Shown one piece after another: positions 55,101 to 63,000 of a stretch of 64,000 nt of DNA (position 1 is the first letter of the stretch; each line of letters starts with the position of its first letter). Location: assembly GCA_032718475.1 (NCBI GenBank), contig JAUCBJ010009110.1, positions 1-64,000 on the forward strand. The letters are read 5' to 3'. Below the pieces are notes generated by a model. The model was not told where the DNA came from. It did no database searches and worked only from the letters and a program-made list of their open reading frames with translations. Made by a program: the position numbers and the translations under genes. Origin of the DNA: Nemertoderma westbladi (taxonomy: Eukaryota > Animalia > Xenacoelomorpha).

Positions 55101-56930
55101 GTAGGCGTTATAGAGATGTTAGAACTCAGTAAATGAGTTTGGGATGTGGTATTCAGTGGGCGTTATAGAGATGTTAGAACTCACTAAATGAGTTTGGGGT
55201 GTGGTATTCAGTGGGCGTTATAGAGATGTTAGAACTCACTAAATGAGTTTGGGGTGTGGTATTCAGTGGGCGTTATAGAGATGTTAGCACTCAGTAAATG
55301 AGTTTGGGGTGTGGTATTCAGTGGGCGTTATAGAGATGTTAGAACTCCGTAAATGAGTTTGGGGTGTGGTATTCAGTGGGCGTTATAGAGATGTTAGAAC
55401 TCAGTAAATGAGTTTGGGATGTGGTATTCAGTGGACGTTATAGAGATGTTAGAACTCAGTAAATGAGTTTGGGGTGTGGTATTCAGTGGGCGTTATAGAG
55501 ATGTTAGAACTCAGTAAATGAGTTTGGGATGTGGTATTCAGTGTGCGTTATAGAGATGTTAGAACTCAGTAAATGAGTTTGGGGTACGGTACTCAGTGGG
55601 CGTTATAGAGATGTTAGAACTCTCTAAATGAGTTTGGGGTGTGGTACTCAGTGGGCGTTATAGAGATGTTAGAACTCAGTAAATTAGTTTGGGGTACGAT
55701 ACTCAGTGGGCGTTATAGAGATGTTAGAACTCAGTAAATGAGTTTGGGGTGTGGTATTCAGTGGGCGTTATAGAGATGTTAGAACTCACTAAATGAGTTT
55801 GGGGTGTGGTATTCAGTGGGCGTTATAGAGATGTTAGAACTCAGTAAATGAGTTTGGGGTGTGGTATTCAGTGGGCGTTATAGAGATGTTAGAACTCAGT
55901 AAATGAGTTTGGGGTACGGTACTCAGTGGGCGTTATAGAGATGTTAGAACTCACTAAATGAGTTTGGGGTGTGGTATTCAGTGGGCGTTATAGAGATGTT
56001 AGAACTCACTAAATGAGTTTGGGGTGTGGTATTCAGTGGGCGTTATAGAGATGTTAGAACTCAGTAAATGAGTTTGGGGTGTGGTATTCAGTGGGCGTTA
56101 TAGAGATGTTAGAACTCAGTAAATGAGTTTGGGGTGTGGTATTCAGTGGGCGTTATAGAGATATTAGAACTCAGTAAATGAGTTTGGGGTGTGGTATTCA
56201 GTGGGCGTTATAGAGATGTTAGAACTCACTAAATGAGTTTGGGGTGTGGTACTCAGTGGGCGTTATAGAGATGTTAGAACTCAGTAAATTAGTTTGGGGT
56301 ACGATACTCAGTGGGCGTTATAGAGATGTTAGAACTCAGTAAATGAGTTTTGGGTGTGGTATTCAGTGGGCGTTATAGAGATGTTAGAACTCACTAAATG
56401 AGTTTGGGGTGTTGTATTCAGCGGGCGTTTTAGAGATGTTAGAATTCACTAAATGAGTTTGGGGTGTGGTACTCAGTGGGCGTTATAGAGATGTTAGAAC
56501 TCAGTAAATGAGTTTGGGGTGTGGTACTCAGTGGTCGTTATAGAGATGTTAGAACTCAGTAAATGAATTTGGGGTGTGGTACTCAGTGGGCGTTATAGAT
56601 ATGTTCGTACTCTATAGTGGTGAACAGTATCGGCATGTTGAGCATTCATACAGTAGATGGTTAAGAGGTGTGTAATTGTAGCTGTTTAAAATGCTATGAA
56701 AATATGTTTCGTTTACAATTATTATTTGCACAAGATTTTTAACGAACTAATCTTATTCTACAGAATGAAAAATGTTATGTATTGAGATAGAGCTTAAAGA
56801 AGAGCATACTATGTCGAATAAATAGTGAGTTACCAACTTACAACCAATTAACACTGAATAAGATTTTCAGAGTAATTATCAGGTATGTATAATTTAAAAT
56901 AACTATTATTATGTTATATTGACTTTTAAA
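46160..56930. repeat. Long imperfect inverted repeat (fold-back B) whose 3' arm is interrupted by the 55-bp satellite
   Basis: Collinear reverse-complement blocks: 46733-43/46842-52, 46704-12/46909-17, 46687-94/46924-31, 46669-77/46941-49, 46592-600/satellite TGGTA(C/T)TCA; beyond the array 46429-34/56655-60, 46356-68/56730-42 (11/13), 46291-96/56771-76, 46282-87/56784-89, 46250-57/56815-22, ~46209-33/56854-80. Confidence 0.75.
47006..56612 (+). repeat. 55-bp G/T-rich satellite array, about 9.6 kb, about 175 monomers
   Basis: Consensus GTGGTATTCAGTGGGCGTTATAGAGATGTTAGAACTCAGTAAATGAGTTTGGGGT; period 55 (47171 to 47226). Confidence 0.99.
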
Positions 56931-57007
56931 CTTTCAATTTTCCAATTCTCGAAAAAACCCAGTTCGTATTGGTAAACAAATAATATAATATATCATTGAG
57001 TAGTAAA

Positions 57008-60000
57008 ATGGCTAAAAGAAAACAAAAATGTAGTAAGTGCGGAAGCTCAAAACATAATATTAGAACATGTTCAAAGGGGAAGGGTATAACAGTTACTTTT
57101 ATGGAACAAATGGAACAGGTTGAGCAACCTCATGGGGAGGAAGAAAACCCGGAGGAACGAATGGCAAATGAAGAGGGGCCTCCAGTGGATGAAGAGCCCC
57201 AGGAAGAACAGATTGAACATGGGGAGGGGCATCAAGGGGAGGAACGGATGGATAATGGGGAGGAAGGTCAAGGCATGGAACAGCAACATGAGGAACGGAT
57301 CGATAATGGGGAGGGAGGTCAAGGTGTGGAACAGCAACAGGAGGAACGGATGGATTATGGGGAGGAAGGTCAAGGGGTGGAACAGCCACCGGAGGAACGG
57401 GTGGATAATGGGGAGGGAGGTCAAGGCGTGGAACAGCAACAGGGGGAACGGATGGATAATGGGGAGGAAGGTCAAGGGGTGGAACAGCCACCGGAGGAAC
57501 GGGTGGATAATGGGGAGGGAGGTCAAGGCGTGGAACAGCAACAGGGGGAACGGATGGATAATGGGGAGGGAGGTCAAGGCGTGGAACAGCAACAGGGGGA
57601 ACGGATGGATAATGGGGAGGAAGGTCAAGGGGTGGAACAGCAACAGGGGGAACGGATGGATAATGGGGAGGAAGGTCAAGGGGTGGAACAGCCACAGGAG
57701 GAACGGATGGATAATGGTGAGGAACAGCATCAGGAGGAGCAGAGAGAATGGGAGGAGGTTCAACAAAGAGGGGAAAAAAGGGGTCAGGATAGCCAAGGAG
57801 GTCAACGAAGGAGAAGAAGAGAAGGAACACCTCCGGATATTCAATCAGACCCAGGTACACAACAGGAAGAAACAGCCAGAGAGGGGGGCCAGAACCAGAG
57901 TAGGACAGGGCCATCAAGAACGCAATTTATTGTACTGCAGGGCTCAAATAATATTCCTCCACAAGAATGGCTAGATACAACCTGTCAATTAAATGGGCTT
58001 CATATCCAACCCAATCAAGGTGGTGGAGATTGTCTATACTACTCTATATTGCAAGGTTTAGACTTGCTTAATTTCAACCGGCACTATACTGTGGCATCCC
58101 TACGCAACCTCTCTGCTAATGAGATGGCTAGAAACCCTCTCCCATATTCAAACCGTTTCCTTGTACCAACAAATGCTGAAATAGCAGGTATGTATCCACG
58201 ACCTGCAAATAATTTTAATAATTTTATTTTGGCAACAAGAGGAGGAGAATGGGGAACCGAATTAAATATAATGTCACTTGCAATTCACCTGCCGGCGTCT
58301 ATCTGTTTGATATCAACGGAAACTCGAGGCGTTCTACACTTTGGCAATAGCCCAGACGTTATTTACATTGCCCACTGGCCCGGTCATTTTGCTGCACTCC
58401 TACCTGGAACAGGTAATCATAGTAATTTCATACCGCATACTCAGCACCCTCAGAGTTCCACAGGAAGTTGTCAACCATCAACTTCAAATATCAGACAACA
58501 ATCCACCACTCGAAACCAATCTCAGAATGCAGGTTCTTCATATCATCGTCCACCACCTTGTAATCGAACAGGTACATATGGTAACCTTCCAGAAAGAAGA
58601 TCACCACAGCCAAATACCATAAACCCAAATCATCCACCAAATAATGGTCACACTCAGAACCCTTCAACTCAAGTTCATCCAACTACATCTTCAGTACAAC
58701 AAAATATATCCTCAACAGAACAACCAACTTCAAATCTGACAGCACCAACTACAACTCCATCGGCTGTAAACATGACATTGCTATGTGAATGTTGTCAACG
58801 TCATTCTACTGCTATTTATGACATTCAAGTTGCCATAAGAGGATCTTGTAAAGGAAAGAAATATGGCAGATTAGTGCAGAGAAGACAATACTCACTTCCT
58901 GTATGTTGTGCACAGTGCAATTCCTACTTAAACCAAAATAAAACTGATATACGTAGAAATTGGAATATAATGTGGCCAGCTGTATTAAATTCATGTCTGT
59001 CAGCAGTTTCATTAATGCCAGAAGATAAACATATAGAACTATGGAAACAACTACCAACTAATATACAGGAGATGTGGTCGTCGTTATCTTTACCTCCATC
59101 AGGGATACCAATATTTAGAGATTTCACACCACAACTCAGGGAATTCAACCAAGATATTAAAACTAATACATTGGGTGGACTCAGGAAAGCCATGAACAGG
59201 GAATGCTTCCCTGAAGTTAAGTGTCCTCTTGGTTGCTGGCAATGGGTTGATATGTGTAAGTACATACCTTTTATAGATTACCTCGCATATGCCAACATTG
59301 TGTCCCTTCCCAATTCTGATCGAGAGTACTTTCGCTCAGCCAGACCAGACTGGCCAACACTTCCACGCCAATATTTGCTTACATGGACAATAAATCCAGG
59401 TGTGGTCATTGATGATGATAACGGTCTTTCTGTGTTAGTATGCAAAGACCATAAATCAACTAAACAACAAGTGATACATATACAAGAAAACCCTTTTTAT
59501 GAAGAAGGTGCTCTTCAGTCATATGAGGTATTTGCACCAACAACACTTACACCAAACATTGTCAGACAGGGACGTCTGAATAAGTGGAATAGCTCCAACT
59601 ATGTTGTGAATTGCATTGGGGGTTATCATGGGTTGTCTACATTCACACTTGGTGCTTCTGAATTAGATCTTCCTCCAATTACTCAGCAGCAAGTATTGAG
59701 AGAGGGTTTATGCCTTAAATTTAGGAATGACATTCGAGAGACCTATCTCAACACTACCTGGGGAGGTGCAAGCGGTATAGTAAAATCAAAATTAACTGGT
59801 CTCATGAACAGTGGAAGGACCCCTGAAGGTATCGCTCTTAAGAAATGTCTTGCTGGAGGAAGTTATATGTCCATTTGTGATACATTCCATGCTTGGCAAA
59901 TAAGTCGACTTCAGAATGAGAGACAAGAAGCTCAAAGCAGCAACATAAAATATATATTTCAGGCTAAAAGCCTTATATTATCAATTGTCCATCCAATGAA

Positions 60001-63000
60001 TGATGTTGGGGCTTTTCCATTTAAAGTAAACATCAATCATATTCATGATTGTCTTGGTATTGCCATTACCACCATCCTTCTATATAACCGAAGGATCCAC
60101 CAACTTTGTCTTCAGAAGTATATATCTGAAAATGATAATCTCTTGGGTTGGATACTTGCATCAGTAGCTTCTATATCTGGATTAAATCATCCATCGAGAT
60201 CCTGCAACAAGAATGTTGTCTATACAAAGATATCAACTGATCCTTGTGTATTAACCACCCCAGATGCACCATTTATGGACAAGGTTGTTAATCTACTGCT
60301 CCGACTATCAACTAAGTCGACACTGCGTACAATGGAGCAAATAGTAAGTCGCACAGAAACTCGTTCAGACTTGTATGATGTGATTATATGTAGGAACTCT
60401 TCATCCCAAGGGATTCAACCAAAAACACGTATTGGCGAATTCAAACTGATGTTTGTATTGACAGAGGATATAGAGGACACAATAATATTTCGGTGGGAGC
60501 CAGACATGCGGTTTTGGTGTATTGGGAATGGAGGTTCTAGAGTGGCAACTACAGCATGCAATAAATCATCCTGGTTTCATACTTGGCGGCTAGCCATCTA
60601 CGTAAATACAAACACTAATGAACATCGTGATGATACCATCAAAAGATCTCTTGGTGGACAGCGACAGCTCACTTGTGCAAAACACAGCCTATACCTTATA
60701 AATGAGCCCAGAGTATCCAATGCTACATGTTCAGTTGGCAATTGCCGAAAACCAGCAAATCACCGGTGTCCCGATGGAATATTGTCATACCATTGCCTTG
60801 TTGCTGTATGTCTTAAGCATTTCAGATTGTATGCTATTGGAAATGCCTCACCAATCACAATCAGATATCGTCAATCTCCACTATGTAATAACCAACCACT
60901 AGAACCATGTACTAATCAAGGCGAAATTGACAGTGATGCAGAATTGGAAGATCTCCTTCTAGAAGTCAATATTGACAATAATATTAATAGTGATGAGGAG
61001 CATGATAATTCTGGTTTTGATATAATTATTCCTGAAAATGCAGATCAAGATTCTGATTGGGAATATCTGGAAGATCTCCAGAACTTCTTAACAGATGAGA
61101 ACACCTTACCATCAGGAGATATACCATCTTCCGCTAGTAGCAGGAAGCAAATATTCCATGTTACAGGATCTCAAAGTTTTCCAAGTCACTGTCTCCTCAA
61201 TGATATATATGGATTGTTACATCGTGATCTTTCTAAGCATCCGGGTGCTAAGAAAGCACAATTGTTAAATGAAATTGTTGCCAAGAATTCTGCACCATCA
61301 ACATCCTTGTTATACCTTGAAGGTAATATATTTCCAACAACTTTTTGGTACAATCACTTTGATGCTATTGTGGGTGCGATACCTCATCATATATTTACCG
61401 AGATGTCAACTGCAATTTCAAGACATCATGTCTCATCTAACCAGGATATGCTCACAATTCGATTGCGTGATGGTGACTTATCCACTTCTCATGACTTGAA
61501 CTATTTACATTGGGCTGCAGATGTGCGCATAAATTCCAATTTAAATAAGCGTCCAACTACTGTATTTTTTAATCGTGGTCTAGAATTCCTTGATGAATCC
61601 CGTGCAACAAAAAGTGATGTCCATGATACACCTCTGGAATTTGAGGAATCAAACAGTAGCAGGGTTGTGAAAGAACTGGCAGCCCTTATTAACAAATATC
61701 CCTGGTCATACTTTTTTACTATAACAGCCAATGAAACTTCAACCATGGGACTTGCACCAATCATTTACAAAATGAAGAATTTCTGTGAGGCCAATGATAT
61801 GGAATATAGTGACATATATGATGCAAATGTATTGCTACTATGTCGGGCATGGGAACGAGTGGCCCAATACATCTTAGACTATATAGAAACTAGTCACGAA
61901 GAACGGCTTGGGCCAGTACAACATATGTTTGCCCGAGCTGAGTTTCAGGACAAAGGTGCGAAGGGAAACAAATGCCATTTCCATGGTGGCATTTCTTTAT
62001 ACCCAGAACCGATACAGACCACAATGGACCGTGTCACATGTGATCCCGATCGCCTGCCTTTTGGTCCAGATGACTTCCATAAACTTCTACATGCTGGTAT
62101 TGTCGACTCTTGGCAGGACTTCCATGAGGCCAAAAGCATAGTTGAAATGGTCACTGTTCATAACTGTAAGGCAGCGTCAGAACGTTGTCACAAACGCAAG
62201 GATAAGGATGGCAATAAAATCTGCAGAGTACCATCTCATCCCACAAGTTCTTCCAATTGGTTTCAGGAAAAGAAAGACCTTTATTCCAAGGAAATCTACA
62301 ATATATTGGAAGATATTGGACTTGCTAAAAGAGTATTGAATAAAGAGTACCAGCTGGAATGGCAACTGGCACCAAATCTGACTGCAGGCCGTTACCACTA
62401 TTCCACAAGACACCCACCAACTTACTTACCGACTATTGCTGAAATGGCCTTAGCCTTACGAAGTTCATTTAATTGTCAAGTAACAGACCGCAAGTTTTCT
62501 AGCTCATACTTGTCGAAATATATAGGTGGGGTTGAGGAGAGGAGGCAAGTGAAAGTATATGGCACAAAGAACCCCGATATAGTAAGGACTGAAGTAGGTG
62601 ACCAAGAAAATGTAAAAATATCTGGTGTTAGGATAAACCAAGCAATTAAGAAAGATATTGCTTCAAATTCTCGTGAGATTGGAATACCAGAGCTTGCAAG
62701 ATTTGCACTTGGTTATCCTTATACAAGATGTACAGCCGACTTTATCCACATAAGCACTCTTCCTCCTGAATATCGCTCTGCTGTTTGTGCAAAGAAATCG
62801 AATGAACACATTGAGGGTTCATTTGGCAGCTATATCTCTGGTATCGAATTAAGAAATAATTTACCTCTTTGGCGCCACTTTACTCATAGCCAACAAAGGC
62901 TTATTCGAGAGTATGTATCTTCGGATTATAGATTAGGGAATACTGAGCGATTCAATATTCGTCCACCAGAGATTTGCATATTCAACAAGCTCGTAGACTA

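Noticed and set aside
7359-56612. CRISPR array interpretation of the regular repeats
   Set aside because: Units are contiguous with no unique spacers, there are no cas genes, and the context is eukaryotic.
47006-56612. Telomeric repeat or strong G-quadruplex array
   Set aside because: The unit is a complex 55-mer internal to unique DNA, and its G-tracts are too widely spaced for canonical G4.
57071-57974. ORFs of 257, 272 and 284 aa over the 51-bp repeat
   Set aside because: Alternative-frame and antisense shadows of the coding repeat; the real frame starts at 57008 and carries the conserved motifs.
58341-62413. Small ORFs of 63-113 aa on both strands
   Set aside because: All overlap the long RepHel frame and have no motifs.
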